Made by a program: the position numbers and the translations under genes
From: an uncultured Alphaproteobacteria bacterium
Lineage (GTDB): Bacteria > Pseudomonadota > Alphaproteobacteria > Rhodospirillales > Defluviicoccaceae
Assembly: GCA_963746275.1 (NCBI GenBank)
Contig: CAVVAX010000008.1
Coordinates: 58,532-122,531 of the forward strand
DNA length: 64,000 bases
Reading direction: 5' to 3'
Shown: in pieces, positions 19,062-30,691 of the stretch
Numbering within the stretch: position 1 is the stretch's first letter
How the letters are laid out: the number at the start of each line of letters is the position of its first letter
Notes under the pieces: model-generated
The model's input: only the letters and a program-made list of their open reading frames with translations
The model's database searches: none
What the model was told of the DNA's origin: nothing

Positions 19062-20576
19062 ATGACCAACCTGCCGATCCTCTCGCTCGTCACCTTCCTG
19101 CCCCTGGTGGGCGCGGCCTTCATCGCCACCATCCGCGGCGAGCCGGCGGTCGTCGCGCGCAATGCCCGCAACGTCGCGCTGCTGACGGCGGCGACGACCT
19201 TCGTGCTGTCGCTCGGCATCTGGTTCAACTTCGACACGACGCAAGCCGGTTTCCAGTTCGTCGAGCGCAGCGAATGGATGCCGACGTTCGGCATCGCCTA
19301 CCACATGGGCGTCGACGGCATCTCGATGCTGTTCGTCCTGCTGACGACGCTGCTCATCCCGCTCTGTATCCTGGCGAGCTGGCAGAGCATCACCGTCCGG
19401 GTCAAGGAGTACATGATCGCGTTCCTGGTCATGGAAACGATGATGGTGGGCACGTTCTGCGCGCTCGACCTGATCCTGTTCTATCTGTTCTTCGAGAGCG
19501 TGCTGATCCCGATGTTCCTGATCATCGGGATCTGGGGCGGGCCGCGGCGGATCTACTCGGCGTTCAAGTTCTTCCTGTTCACCTTCGCCGGCTCGGTGCT
19601 GATGTTCCTGGCGCTGCTGACCATGTACCTGCAGGCCGGCACCACCGACATCCCGGTGCTGATGCAGCACGACTTCCCGGTCGATCTGCAGGTCTGGCTG
19701 TGGCTGGCGGTCCTTGCCGGCTTCGCAGTGAAGCTGCCGATGTGGCCGGTGCACACCTGGCTGCCGGACGCCCATGTGGAGGCGCCGACGGCGGGCTCGG
19801 TGATCCTGGCCGGTGTGCTGCTGAAGTTCGGCGGCTACGGCTTCCTGCGCTTCTCGCTGCCGATGCTGCCCGAGGCGTCGGTGATGTTCATGCCGCTGAT
19901 GTTCGGCCTTGGCATCATCGCCATCATCTACACCTCCCTGGTCGCGCTGGCCCAGGAGGACATGAAGAAGCTGATCGCCTACTCCTCGGTCGCGCATATG
20001 GGTTACGTGACGGTTGGCGCCTTCAGCTTGACCACCCAGGGCATCCAGGGCGCCTTGTTCCAGATGCTGAGCCACGGCATCGTCTCGGCCGCGTTGTTCC
20101 TGGTCGTCGGCGTCGTCTACGACCGGGTGCATTCGCGCGACATCTCCGTCTACGGCGGGCTGGTCGAGCGGATGCCGGGCTACGCCCTGGTGTTCATGGT
20201 GTTCATGCTGGCCTCAGTGGGCCTGCCCGGCACCGGCGGCTTCGTCGGCGAGTTCCTGGTGATGCTCGGCGCTTTCCGCGTCAATGCCTGGGTCGGGGCC
20301 TTGACCGCAACCGGCATGATCCTCGGCGCCGCTTACATGCTGTACCTTTACCGCCGGGTCATCTTCGGCCAGCTCACCAAGGACAAGCTCAAGGGGCTGC
20401 TGGATCTGACGCCGCGGGAGGCGGCTGTGTTCGCGCCGCTGCTCGTCCTCGTGATCTGGATGGGCGTCTACCCCAAGCCGTTCCTCGACGTGATGCAAGC
20501 GTCCGTCGGCCAACTGGTCGAACGGGTCGAGGTCGCCCGCGCTAATATCGATGCCTCGGTCTTCGCCGAGCGCTGA
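19062..20576 (+). CDS. nuoM: NADH-quinone oxidoreductase subunit M
   Basis: 504-aa antiporter-like subunit with [30 protein letters not shown]. Confidence 0.93.
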   Translation: MTNLPILSLVTFLPLVGAAFIATIRGEPAVVARNARNVALLTAATTFVLSLGIWFNFDTTQAGFQFVERSEWMPTFGIAYHMGVDGISMLFVLLTTLLIPLCILASWQSITVRVKEYMIAFLVMETMMVGTFCALDLILFYLFFESVLIPMFLIIGIWGGPRRIYSAFKFFLFTFAGSVLMFLALLTMYLQAGTTDIPVLMQHDFPVDLQVWLWLAVLAGFAVKLPMWPVHTWLPDAHVEAPTAGSVILAGVLLKFGGYGFLRFSLPMLPEASVMFMPLMFGLGIIAIIYTSLVALAQEDMKKLIAYSSVAHMGYVTVGAFSLTTQGIQGALFQMLSHGIVSAALFLVVGVVYDRVHSRDISVYGGLVERMPGYALVFMVFMLASVGLPGTGGFVGEFLVMLGAFRVNAWVGALTATGMILGAAYMLYLYRRVIFGQLTKDKLKGLLDLTPREAAVFAPLLVLVIWMGVYPKPFLDVMQASVGQLVERVEVARANIDASVFAER

Positions 20577-20607
20577 AGCGACTTCTCGGGAAGGACCAAC
20601 CACCAAG

Positions 20608-22095
20608 ATGTCTGCCGCTGAGTTCCCCAACCTGATGCCGGCGATGGCCGAGGTGTTCCTCGTGGCCGCGGCCATGGTCCTGCTGATGGTCGGCGTGTTC
20701 CAGAAGGACGACGACGGCGGGCCGGCGCGGGTCGAGTGCAGCCGGCTGATCGGACGGCTCTCTGTGCTGTCCCTGCTGGGCGCCCTGGTCCTGGTGGTGA
20801 CGCTGACGGGCGGCGAGGAGCGGGTGACGACCTTCGGCGGCATGTTCGTCGTCGACCGCTTCGCCGTCTACTTCAAGGTGCTGATCCTGATCAGCTCGGC
20901 GCTGACGATCCTGATCGCCCAGGACTACCTGGAGGTTCACCGGGTCGCCCGGTTCGAGTTCCCGGTGCTGATCCTGCTCGCCACCGTCGGCATGATGCTG
21001 ATGGTCTCGGCCAACGACCTGATCTCGCTCTATCTCGGCCTGGAGATGCAGAGCCTCGCGCTCTACGTCGTGGCCTCCTTCCAACGCGACGACCAGCGCT
21101 CGGTCGAGGCCGGGCTGAAGTATTTCGTCCTCAGCGCGCTGGCCTCCGGGATGCTGCTCTACGGCAGCTCGCTGATCTACGGCTTCTCCGGCACGACCAA
21201 CTTCGACGTTCTGGCCGCGGTGCTGGCCACCGCTCCCGGCGAGAGCGTCTCCCTCGGCGCCCTGATCGGCATCGTCTTCATCCTTGCCGGCCTGGCCTTC
21301 AAGGTGTCGGCGGTGCCGTTCCACATGTGGACGCCGGACGTCTACGAGGGCGCGCCGACGCCCGTGACCGCCTTCTTCGCCGTCGGCCCCAAGCTTGCCG
21401 CCATGGGCCTATTGCTGCGGGCGATGATCGAGCCGTTCGGCGACTGGGTGGTCCAGTGGCAGCAGGTCATCGTCTTCATCTCCATCGCCTCGATGCTGCT
21501 CGGCGCCTTCGCCGCCATCGGTCAGAGCAACATCAAGCGGCTCATGGCCTACAGCTCCATCAACAACATCGGCTACGCGCTGATCGGGCTTGCCATCGGC
21601 ACCGAGGAAGGCATCGGCGGCATTCTCATTTTCATGGCCATCTACGTGTTCATGAACATCGGCGCCTTCACCTGCATCCTCAGCATGCGCAGGCGAGGGC
21701 AGATGGTGGTCGGCATCAACGACCTCGCCGGGCTGTCCAAGTCGAACCCGATGATGGCGCTGGCGGTGGCCGTGTTCATGTTCTCGCTGGCTGGGATCCC
21801 ACCGCTCGCGGGCTTCTTTGGCAAGCTCTACATTTTCCTCGCCGCGATCCACGCCGAGTTTTATACGCTCGCCATCATCGGCGTTCTCAGCAGCGCGGTC
21901 GCCGCCTTCTACTACATCCGCATCGTCAAGGTGATGTACTTCGACGAGGCGGATGAGGGGCTCGATCGGCGCATGGATGGCGCCACCGCGATGGTGATGG
22001 CCGGCACCGGCGTGGTGATCAGCCTGTTCTTCCTCTTCCCCGGCCCGCTCCTGGTGCAAGCGCAAGCGGCGGCACAGTCCCTGTTCGGCGGCTGA
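20608..22095 (+). CDS. nuoN: NADH-quinone oxidoreductase subunit N
   Basis: Antiporter-like subunit with [28 protein letters not shown] prefer the ATG at 20608 ([11 protein letters not shown]) over the ORF-track ATG at 20551. Confidence 0.9.
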   Translation: MSAAEFPNLMPAMAEVFLVAAAMVLLMVGVFQKDDDGGPARVECSRLIGRLSVLSLLGALVLVVTLTGGEERVTTFGGMFVVDRFAVYFKVLILISSALTILIAQDYLEVHRVARFEFPVLILLATVGMMLMVSANDLISLYLGLEMQSLALYVVASFQRDDQRSVEAGLKYFVLSALASGMLLYGSSLIYGFSGTTNFDVLAAVLATAPGESVSLGALIGIVFILAGLAFKVSAVPFHMWTPDVYEGAPTPVTAFFAVGPKLAAMGLLLRAMIEPFGDWVVQWQQVIVFISIASMLLGAFAAIGQSNIKRLMAYSSINNIGYALIGLAIGTEEGIGGILIFMAIYVFMNIGAFTCILSMRRRGQMVVGINDLAGLSKSNPMMALAVAVFMFSLAGIPPLAGFFGKLYIFLAAIHAEFYTLAIIGVLSSAVAAFYYIRIVKVMYFDEADEGLDRRMDGATAMVMAGTGVVISLFFLFPGPLLVQAQAAAQSLFGG

Positions 22096-22926
22096 TGCCC
22101 GCTCCGTCGCGGTCGGCCCAGCCACGGCCTGTGCAGCCGCGGCCGGCCGAGGGGACCGCTTGGCCATTCAAGCTGATCGCCGTGGACGAGGTGGACTCCA
22201 CCAGCACCATGGCAAAAAGGCTGTGCGCGGCAGAGGCCGAGGACGGCACGCTGGTCTGGGCGTTGCGGCAGACGGCGGGGAGGGGGCGGCTCAGCCGCAC
22301 CTGGATCTCCCCTCACGGGAACCTGTACGTCTCGCTGATTCTCCGCCCGAACGCCGATGCGGCACGGGCGACGGGGCTGACCTTTGCCGCCAGCTTGGCT
22401 GTGGCCGACGCGGTGGCGGCGTTGCTTGGCGATCATGCCGAGGTGCGCTGCAAGTGGCCCAACGACGTGCTCGCCTCCGGCCGCAAGATCGCCGGCATCC
22501 TGCTCGAATCGGCGACCACAGCGGCGGGGCGGCTGGAGTGGGTCGTGATCGGCATCGGGCTGAACGTCGCCTCCCACCCGCCCGACGGCGAGACCATGTA
22601 TCCGGCCACCTCGCTGGCGGCGGAAGGCGCGGCGGCGGTCGCCGTCGAGGACGCGCTCGCCGCCCTCTGCCGGAGCCTCGACCACTGGCTTCGCCGCTGG
22701 GCCGATGACGGCTTCGCCCAGGTCCGCCTCGCCTGGATCGAGAGGGCATACAACCTCGGCGGCCCGATCGCCATCCGCTGCGGCGAGGACGCGCTTCGAC
22801 GGCGTCTTCCGCGGCCTGGACGAGGACGGCGCGCTGATCCTGGATCAAGGTGGGGCGACGCGCCGCATCACCGCCGGCGACGTTCTCCCGGGCCAGCGCC
22901 CGGCGCCCATGCCGCCCGCCTCTTGA
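22095..22926 (+). pseudogene. birA: biotin-[acetyl-CoA-carboxylase] ligase BirA; one frame break (~22792)
   Basis: RQTAGRGRLSRTWISPHGNLYVS, KWPNDVL. The C-terminus (FDGVFRGLDEDGALILDQGGATRRITAGDV) continues in ORF 22705-22926. The break makes ORF 22095-23720 run into coaX. Confidence 0.85.
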
Positions 22927-22943
22927 CGCTCGGGCCCACCGCC

Positions 22944-23720
22944 ATGCTCCTCGCCATCGACACAGGAAACACCAACACCGTCTTCGCGGTGTTCGACGAT
23001 GCCGGCAGGATCCTCGGCGAGTGGCGTTCGTCGACCAACATCAACCGCACGGCCGACGAGATCGGCGTCTGGCTCGGCCAGCTCATGGCTTTGGCCGGGA
23101 TCGAGCGGCGGGCGATCAAGGCGGTGATCATCTCCTCGGTGGTGCCGGCGACCCTGTTCAGCCTGCGCCTCTTGTCGCGCCGCTACTTCTCCTGCCAAGC
23201 CCTCGTCGTCGGCGCGCCCGACGTCAAGCTCGGCATCGGCGTGCTGGTGGAACGGCCGGAGGAGGTCGGCGCCGACCGGCTGGTCAACGCCGTCGGCGCG
23301 CACCTCGAGTACGGCGGGCCGATGATCATCGTCGACTTCGGCACCGCGACGACCTTCGACGTCATCGACGAGAACGGCGCCTACCTCGGCGGCGTCATCG
23401 CGCCCGGCGTCAACCTGTCGCTGGAAGCGCTGCACACCGCGTCGGCGCAGCTCCCCCGGGTGGCGATCGGCCGGCCGGAGCGGGTCATCGGCAAGAACAC
23501 CGTGCAGGCCATGCGCTCGGGCATCTTCTGGGGCTATATCGGCCTCATCGAGGGCATGATCACCCGCATCCGCACCGAGTATGGCGCCAACCTCGACGTG
23601 ATCGCCACCGGCGGGCTGGCGCCGCTGTTCACCGAATGCACGAACGCGATCCCGAGAACCGACCCCGACCTGACCCTGAAGGGCCTGCTCGCGGTGCACC
23701 GGCTGAACGTCAAGCCATGA
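22944..23720 (+). CDS. coaX: type III pantothenate kinase
   Basis: LLAIDTGNTNTVFAVF, IIVDFGTATTFDV, TGGLAPLF. Confidence 0.9.
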   Translation: MLLAIDTGNTNTVFAVFDDAGRILGEWRSSTNINRTADEIGVWLGQLMALAGIERRAIKAVIISSVVPATLFSLRLLSRRYFSCQALVVGAPDVKLGIGVLVERPEEVGADRLVNAVGAHLEYGGPMIIVDFGTATTFDVIDENGAYLGGVIAPGVNLSLEALHTASAQLPRVAIGRPERVIGKNTVQAMRSGIFWGYIGLIEGMITRIRTEYGANLDVIATGGLAPLFTECTNAIPRTDPDLTLKGLLAVHRLNVKP

Positions 23721-25417
23721 CCGCCGAGGCCGGCAAAGCCAGCGCCGGCGAGGGCGCCGCGGGCGACGAGGAGCTCGTCTTCCTGCCGCTGGGCGGCGCC
23801 GGCGAGATCGGGATGAACCTCAACCTCTATGGCTACGGCCCGCCGGCGCGGCGGCGGTGGCTGGTCGTCGACCTCGGCATCACCTTTGCCTCGGGCGACC
23901 CACCGGGGGTGACCGTGTTGATGCCGGACCCGGCCTACATCGAGGAGCGGCGCGAGGATCTCGACGGCATCCTGCTGACCCACGCCCACGAGGATCACCT
24001 GGGCGCCGTTGCCTACCTCTGGCCGCGGCTCCGCTGCCCGGTCTATGCGACGCGGTTCGCGCTGGCGGTGCTGTCGCGCAAGCTCGCCGAGGCCGGCCTG
24101 GAGGGTCAGGTGCCCATCGTCGAGGTGCCGCTCGCCGGCCGCTTCCGCATCGGCGCCTTCGATATCGAGCTCGTCACCCTGACACACTCGATCCCCGAAC
24201 CCAATGCCGTCGCCCTGCGCACGGCTTGCGGCACCGTCCTGCACACCGGCGACTGGAAGCTGGATCCGGAGCCGGTGGTGGGCGAGGAGGCGGATGTCGC
24301 CGCTCTTGAGCGCATCGGCGACGAGGGCGTGCTGGCGTTGGTCTGCGACTCGACCAACGCGCTGGATGCGGGCAGCTCCGGCGCCGAGGGCGAGCTCTAT
24401 GCCTCGCTGCTTGAGATCGTGAGGGAGTGCCGCCAGCGCGTCGCGGTCACCGCCTTCGCCTCCAACATCGCCAGGCTGCAGACGCTGGGCGCGGTCGCTG
24501 CCGCCACCGGCCGCCGGCTCGTCCTCGCCGGGGCGTCGTTGAAGCGCAACGTGATCGCCGCGCGCGAGTGCGGCTACCTCGCGGATCTTTCCCCGACGCT
24601 GGACGAGGCGGCCGGCGCGGCTTTGCCTCGGCATGAGGCGCTGCTGGTCTGCACCGGCAGCCAGGGCGAGGGCAATGCCGCCCTGGCCCGACTGGCGTCC
24701 GGCACCCATCCGCGGCTCGTCCTCGACGAGGGTGACACGGTGATCTTCTCTGCCCGGGTCATCCCCGGCCACGAGCTCGGCGTCGGCCGGCTGCAGAACG
24801 CGCTTCTGCGCCGCGGCTGCCGGGTCGTCACCCACCGCGAGGCGCTGGTGCACGTCTCCGGGCATCCCGCGCAGGACGAGCTCAGGGAGATGTACCGGCT
24901 GGTCCGGCCGCGGATCGCGGTGCCGGTGCACGGCGAGCTGCGCCACCTGCGCCAGCACGCCGCCATCGCCCGCGACTGCGGAGTGGGGGAGGTCATCACG
25001 GTCGAGAACGGGGGCTTGGTGCGCCTCGCCCCGAGCCCCGCTGCGGTGGTCGAGACCGTTCCATCCGGCCGGCTGGCGCTGGAAGGCGGGCGGCTGGTGC
25101 GGGTCGACGGAAATCTTGTTCGAGAACGGACGAAGGCCATATACAGAGGCGTCGTCTTCGCGACAGTGGCGGTGAATAATGAGGGTGGCTTGATCAAGGA
25201 CCCGCTGCTTTCGACCGTGGGCCTCGTCGAGGATGGGGAAGAGATGGTGAACACTCGCCTCAGCGCCGCCATCGCCAATGCCATCAACAATGTTCCGTCG
25301 AAAGCTCGCGGCGATGAGGACGTTCTTCGCGAGGCTGTTCGCAGTGCCATTCGTCGGACCTTTCGCGAACTCTTCGAGAAGAAGCCTTTGACACACATTC
25401 ACGTGGTGCGTTGCTAA
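23717..25417 (+). CDS. rnj: ribonuclease J (metallo-beta-lactamase/beta-CASP)
   Basis: LLTHAHEDHLGAV, HTGDWKLD, VSGHPAQDEL. The ATG at 23717 overlaps the coaX stop (ATGA). Confidence 0.88.
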   Translation: MTAEAGKASAGEGAAGDEELVFLPLGGAGEIGMNLNLYGYGPPARRRWLVVDLGITFASGDPPGVTVLMPDPAYIEERREDLDGILLTHAHEDHLGAVAYLWPRLRCPVYATRFALAVLSRKLAEAGLEGQVPIVEVPLAGRFRIGAFDIELVTLTHSIPEPNAVALRTACGTVLHTGDWKLDPEPVVGEEADVAALERIGDEGVLALVCDSTNALDAGSSGAEGELYASLLEIVRECRQRVAVTAFASNIARLQTLGAVAAATGRRLVLAGASLKRNVIAARECGYLADLSPTLDEAAGAALPRHEALLVCTGSQGEGNAALARLASGTHPRLVLDEGDTVIFSARVIPGHELGVGRLQNALLRRGCRVVTHREALVHVSGHPAQDELREMYRLVRPRIAVPVHGELRHLRQHAAIARDCGVGEVITVENGGLVRLAPSPAAVVETVPSGRLALEGGRLVRVDGNLVRERTKAIYRGVVFATVAVNNEGGLIKDPLLSTVGLVEDGEEMVNTRLSAAIANAINNVPSKARGDEDVLREAVRSAIRRTFRELFEKKPLTHIHVVRC

Positions 25418-25439
25418 CGCGGTAAAGGGAGAAACAGGA

Positions 25440-25850
25440 ATGATCGGCCGATTCAACCACGTCGCCATCGCCGTGCCGGACCTCGAGGCGGCAACGGCAA
25501 AGTATCGCGACGTCCTCGGCGCCAAGGTGTCCCCGCCCCAGGACGAGCCGGAGCACGGGGTGACGGTGGTCTTCATCGAGCTGCCCAACACCAAGGTCGA
25601 GCTGCTCCATCCTCTGGGCGAGAAGTCCCCGATCCAGGCCTTCCTCGACAAGAACCCGAGCGGCGGCATCCACCACATCTGCTACGAGGTCGACGACATC
25701 TATGCCGCCCGCGAGCGGCTGCAAAGCCAGGGCGCCCGGGTGCTGGGCAGCGGCGATCCCAAGATCGGCGCTCACGGCAACCCGGTGCTGTTCCTGCACC
25801 CGAAGGACTTCTTCGGCACGCTGGTCGAGCTTGAGCAGGCTCACGCCTGA
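25440..25850 (+). CDS. mce: methylmalonyl-CoA epimerase (VOC family)
   Basis: FNHVAIAVPDLEAA, GIHHICYEVDDI, VLFLHPKDFFGTLVELEQ. 136 aa. Confidence 0.85.
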   Translation: MIGRFNHVAIAVPDLEAATAKYRDVLGAKVSPPQDEPEHGVTVVFIELPNTKVELLHPLGEKSPIQAFLDKNPSGGIHHICYEVDDIYAARERLQSQGARVLGSGDPKIGAHGNPVLFLHPKDFFGTLVELEQAHA

Positions 25851-25889
25851 TCGCGCAAACGTTCGGAACGGCTCGCAGTTGGTCGCCTT

Positions 25890-26264
25890 ATGGGCTGGGT
25901 CAGCGGGATCGCGGTCTACATCGTCATCTGGTGGCTCGTGATCTTCATGGTGCTGCCGTGGGGCGTTCAGCCGATCGAGGAGGGAGACGTCGAGAAGGGG
26001 CACGCGGCGAGCGCGCCCCTTCGCCCGCGCATGTTGCGCAAGATGGCGGTGACGACGGCGATCGCGGCGGTCCTGTGGCTGATCGCCTACGCCATCATCG
26101 AAAGCGGCGCGATCTCGCTCCGAGCTGACCGGCACGCGTGGAGGTTGAGGACGAACGTCATCACGAGCCGCGCACGGCGTGGCGATCCAGAAGGCTGGAT
26201 GCTCGTCGGCAATGGCTCCCGCATGACAGCACGGCTGCGATCCATGCCAGCGCCGCCGCGATGA
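25890..26264 (+). CDS. DUF1467 small membrane protein (3' end uncertain)
   Basis: MGWVSGIAVYIVIWWLVIFMVLPWGV... plus a second hydrophobic helix, as in DUF1467. The last ~45 codons read through repeat element 26157-26227. The real stop is probably near 26125-26150. Confidence 0.7.
   Translation: MGWVSGIAVYIVIWWLVIFMVLPWGVQPIEEGDVEKGHAASAPLRPRMLRKMAVTTAIAAVLWLIAYAIIESGAISLRADRHAWRLRTNVITSRARRGDPEGWMLVGNGSRMTARLRSMPAPPR
26157..26227. repeat. imperfect palindromic intergenic repeat, family 1 (GGCGATCCAG core)
   Basis: GTCATCACGAGCCGCGCACGGCGTGGCGATCCAG - AAGG - CTGGATGCTCGTCGGCAATGGCTCCCGCATGAC. The left arm nearly equals the reverse complement of 28640-28674. Confidence 0.7.
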
Positions 26265-26820
26265 GCTGGTACTGCGAGGTGGCCCCTGGCCATCCGGTGC
26301 ACGCGCCCTATCACGACGACGAGTACGGCTTTCCCGCCAGCGACGAAACCGTGCTGTTCGAGCGGCTGTCGCTGGAGATCTTCCAGGCCGGCCTGTCCTG
26401 GCTGCTGGTGCTCAACAAGCGGGCGGCGCTGAACCTGGCCTTTGCCGGCTTTTCGGTCGATCGCGTCGCTTCTTTCGGCGAAGACGAGGTCGCCAGGCTT
26501 CTCGCCGACGCCAGCATCATTCGCAACCGCGCCAAGGTCCGTGCCGTCATCGCCAACGCCGCGCGGATCCAGGCTGCTGCGCGCGGAGGCCGGGTCCTTC
26601 GCCGCATGGCTCGCGGCGCATCACCCGCGCGAGCGAGGCGGAGTGGGTCAAGCTGTTCCGCAAGACCTTCTCGTTCACCGGCCCGGAGGTGGTCCGCGAG
26701 TTCCTGATGAGCATCGGCTACCTGCCCGGGGCCCACAGCCCCGACTGCCCGGTCTACCGGCGGATCGCAGCGCATGCCCCGCCGTGGATGCTTGCTGCCG
26801 GGCCGATGCCGGACCCATAA
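26261..26820 (+). pseudogene. tag: DNA-3-methyladenine glycosylase I; two frame breaks (~26573, ~26636)
   Basis: APYHDDEYGFP, LSLEIFQAGLSW, IIRNRAKV. The sequence continues as LLRAEAGSFAAWLAAHHPRE in the next frame. It then continues as AEWVKLFRKTFSFTGPEVVREFLMSIGYLPGAH in the third frame. Confidence 0.8.
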
Positions 26821-26852
26821 GCAAAAGCGGCAAGATCGTTGCCGATCTTGCC
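26821..26852 (-). terminator. intrinsic-terminator-like hairpin oriented for the minus strand
   Basis: Perfect 10-bp stem GGCAAGATCG (26829-26838) / CGATCTTGCC (26843-26852) with a 4-nt loop. On the minus strand it is followed by GCTTTTGC. There is no T-run on the plus side. Confidence 0.5.
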
Positions 26853-27224
26853 TCGCTCTGGCTTGCGCGGTTTCTTGTTCGTAGCGGGCTTCCCCGCCGT
26901 GTTCTAAGAGGCTCTTGGTGTTTCCCCAAAACTCAGGCCCGGCACCGCGCTGTTCAGCTTGCGGCGCTAGTACCCATGTTAAACGATGTGCCAAACCTTT
27001 TCACTCGTTTTTCAACGGCAAGTGTAGAAGGAACGCACCTGCACACGCCGCTCCGTCTTCATCTTCTGCCTCTGCTTCGTCCTCCCAGCTCCAAGCGCCG
27101 CGAGCCCGGATCCGCCGGCGTCCGGGGAGGCGAGGTGAGGCGAGGCGCCCGGCGTTGATGTGGAGGACACCATGACATACAGTCCCGGCTCATCGCGCCG
27201 CCCCCCGCCCGAGGCCCAAGCTCC

Positions 27225-28673
27225 ATGCGCCTGTCCCGCTACTTCCTGCCGACAATGAAGGAGACCCCGGCCGAGGCGCAGATCGTCTCGCACCGGTTGA
27301 TGCTGCGGGCGGGGATGATCCGCCAGGCCAGCGCCGGGATCTACTCGTGGTTGCCGCTCGGGCTGAGGGTGCTGCGGCGGATCGAGCAGATCGTCCGCGA
27401 GGAGCAGACCGCGCTCGGCTGTCACGAGATGCTGATGCCGACGCTGCAGTCGGCCGACCTCTGGCGCGAGAGCGGCCGCTACGAGGCCTACGGGCCGGAG
27501 ATGCTGCGCATTCGCGACCGGCACGAGCGCGACCTGCTCTACGGCCCGACCAACGAGGAGCAGATCACCGAGATCTTCCGCAGCAGCGTCGCCAGCTACC
27601 GGCAGCTGCCGAAGCTGCTCTACCACATCCAGTGGAAGTTCCGTGACGAGGTGCGGCCCCGCTTCGGCGTCATGCGCGGGCGCGAGTTCCTGATGAAGGA
27701 TGCCTATTCCTTCGACCTCGACCTCGAAGGCGCCAAGCGCTCCTACAACAAGATGTTCGTGAGCTACCTGCGCACCTTCGAGCGCATGGGCCTGAAGGCG
27801 ATCCCGATGCGGGCCGAGAGCGGGCCCATCGGCGGCGACATGAGCCATGAGTTCGTCATCCTCGCCGACACCGGCGAGAGCGAGATCGCCTACCACCGCG
27901 ACTTTCTGAAGATGAGCCTGGCGGGGGAGAGTATCGACTTCGAGGCTGACCTGCAGCCGATCGTCGATGCGTATGTCGGCCAGTATGCCGCGACCGACGA
28001 CGAGCGCGACCGGGCGAAGGAGGCGGAGTTGGGCTCCGACGTCATCACCGGGCGCGGCATCGAGGTCGGGCACATCTTCTATTTCGGCACCAAGTACTCG
28101 AAGCCCATGGGGGCGCGGGTCACCGGCCCGGGCGGCGAGGCCACCCCTGTGCAGATGGGCTCCTACGGCATCGGCGTCTCCAGGCTGGTCGGCGCCATCA
28201 TCGAGGCGTTTCACGACGATGCCGGCATCCTCTGGCCGGAGAGCGTGGCGCCGTTCAAGGCCGGGGTGATCAACCTCGCCGCCAACAACGCGGCCTGCAC
28301 CGCCGCCAGCGAGGCGCTCTACTACCGGCTCGGCGCCAGCGGCGTCGACGTGCTCTACGACGACCGCGACGAGCGGCCGGGCGTCAAGTTCGCCGAGATG
28401 GACCTGATCGGGCTGCCGTGGCAGGTGATCGTCGGCCCCAAGGGCGTGCAGGCCGGTTTCGTCGAGCTGAAGAACCGCGCCACCGGCGAGCGGCGCGAGC
28501 TCTCCGCCGAGGCCGCGGTTTCCGTTTCTCGTCGGCGTAGCGCCGTCAGCAGTCGGGTCTGGAGATCATCAAGGACGTCACCGCGAGGTCAGGCGAAGCC
28601 GACGGCGAACGCCGACGAAGCAATCCAGTGGTCATGTCGCTGGATCGCCACGCCGCTGCGCGGCTCGCGATGA
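27225..28673 (+). CDS. proS: proline--tRNA ligase (3' end uncertain)
   Basis: [51 protein letters not shown]. The last ~45 codons (after ...RELSAEAAV) are non-conserved and run through repeat 28588-28674. The real stop is probably near 28520-28540. Confidence 0.88.
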   Translation: MRLSRYFLPTMKETPAEAQIVSHRLMLRAGMIRQASAGIYSWLPLGLRVLRRIEQIVREEQTALGCHEMLMPTLQSADLWRESGRYEAYGPEMLRIRDRHERDLLYGPTNEEQITEIFRSSVASYRQLPKLLYHIQWKFRDEVRPRFGVMRGREFLMKDAYSFDLDLEGAKRSYNKMFVSYLRTFERMGLKAIPMRAESGPIGGDMSHEFVILADTGESEIAYHRDFLKMSLAGESIDFEADLQPIVDAYVGQYAATDDERDRAKEAELGSDVITGRGIEVGHIFYFGTKYSKPMGARVTGPGGEATPVQMGSYGIGVSRLVGAIIEAFHDDAGILWPESVAPFKAGVINLAANNAACTAASEALYYRLGASGVDVLYDDRDERPGVKFAEMDLIGLPWQVIVGPKGVQAGFVELKNRATGERRELSAEAAVSVSRRRSAVSSRVWRSSRTSPRGQAKPTANADEAIQWSCRWIATPLRGSR

Positions 28674-28674
28674 C
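28588..28674. repeat. imperfect palindromic intergenic repeat, family 1 (GGCGATCCAG core, inverted relative to 26157-26227)
   Basis: GTCAGGCGAAGCCGACGGCGAACGCCGACGAAGCAATCCAG - tggtcatgtcg - CTGGATCGCCACGCCGCTGCGCGGCTCGCGATGAC. Confidence 0.7.
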
Positions 28675-28739
28675 GCGTATGAATGTCCGCCACGGCAAGT
28701 CTCGACGGCGATGTCGCTCAAGTCATAGGCTCTGGAAGC

Positions 28740-29977
28740 ATGTTCAGCCGGTTCGAATGGATGATGGCGTCGCGCTACCTTCGCCCGCGCCGCCAGGAGG
28801 GCTTCGTCTCCGTCATCGCGATGTTCTCGTTGCTGGGCATCGCCCTCGGTGTCGCAACCCTGATCATCGTCATGTCGGTGATGAACGGGTTCCGCGAGGA
28901 GCTGATGAAGCGCATCCTCGGGCTCAACGGGCATCTGAGCCTCTATGCCAGCAGCATCAGCCTCACCGACTACGACGCCGTCGCCGGACGGGTGGCCGGC
29001 GTTCCTGGCGTGCTCTCGGTCGCGCCGGTGGTCGAGGGGCAGGTGATGGCAACCGCCAACACGGTGGCACGCGGCGCCCTGGTCCGCGGTATGCGCCCGG
29101 AGGATCTGCGCCAGCGAGCGATCGTCGCCGGCAACATCGTCGCCGGCTCGCTGGACGCCTTCGTGGGCGACGACGCCGTGGTTGTCGGCAGCAGGCTCGC
29201 CGAGCGGATGGGGATCGCCGTCGGCGACGACATCACCCTGATCTCGCCGCAGGGCAACGTCACCGTCTTCGGCACCGTGCCGACGGTCAGGAACTACGAG
29301 GTGGTGGCCACTTTCAACATCGGCATGTTCGAGTACGACTCGAGCTTCGTCTTCATGCCGCTGGAGGCGGCGCAGACCTACTTCCGCATGCCGGACGCGG
29401 TGACCAACCTGGAGATCACCGTCCGCGACGTCGAGCGCGCCGGCGGCGATGGCCCGCGACGTCAGCGCCGCGGCCGGCGGGATGAACCGGGTGCAGGACT
29501 GGCAGCGCTCCAACGCCAGCTTCTTCAACGCCATCCAGGTCGAGCGGAACGTCATGTTCCTGATCCTGACGCTGATCATCGTCGTCGCCGCCTTCAACAT
29601 CATCTCCAGCCTGATCATGCTGGTGAAGGACAAGGGCCGGGCGATCGCCATTCTGCGCACCATGGGCGCGACCCGCGGCTCGATCATGCGGATCTTCTTT
29701 CTCTCCGGCGCCAGCATCGGCGTCGTCGGCACCATCGCCGGCTTCGTCCTGGGCCTCACCTTCTCGCTCAACATCGAGACCATCCGCCAGGCGCTGCAGC
29801 GGCTCACCGGCACCGATCTGTTCGCCGCCGAGATCTATTTCCTCGCCCACTTGCCGGCGAAGGTCGACGGCCTGGAAGTGGCGCTGGTGACGCTGATGGC
29901 GCTGGCGCTGTCGTTCCTGGCGACGATCTATCCGTCCTGGCGGGCCGCCCGGATCGAGCCGGCGGAAGCGCTGCGCT

Positions 29978-29985
<8 letters not shown>
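28740..29985 (+). pseudogene. lolC: lipoprotein-releasing ABC transporter permease LolC/E; one frame break (~29443)
   Basis: MFSRFEWMMASRYLRPRRQEGF, MSVMNGFREEL. The C-terminal FtsX domain (ORF 29449-29985) ends [18 protein letters not shown]. Confidence 0.85.

Positions 29986-30687
<702 letters not shown>

Positions 30688-30691
<4 letters not shown>

Noticed and set aside
22095-23720. Apparent BirA-CoaX fusion protein (541 aa).
   Set aside because: The fusion is created by the frame break near 22792. The conserved BirA C-terminus continues in ORF 22705-22926 and ends at its own stop. CoaX has its own ATG at 22944.
26821-27224. The tag-proS gap as a two-piece tmRNA, SRP RNA or 6S RNA. Also a sigma54-like TGGCAC-N5-TTAA on the minus strand at about 26974-26993.
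   Set aside because: There is no T-arm (GGTTCGA-type) and no alphaproteobacterial tag-peptide reading frame. No SRP or 6S hallmark is recognisable by eye. The -12 element lacks the GC of the sigma54 consensus.
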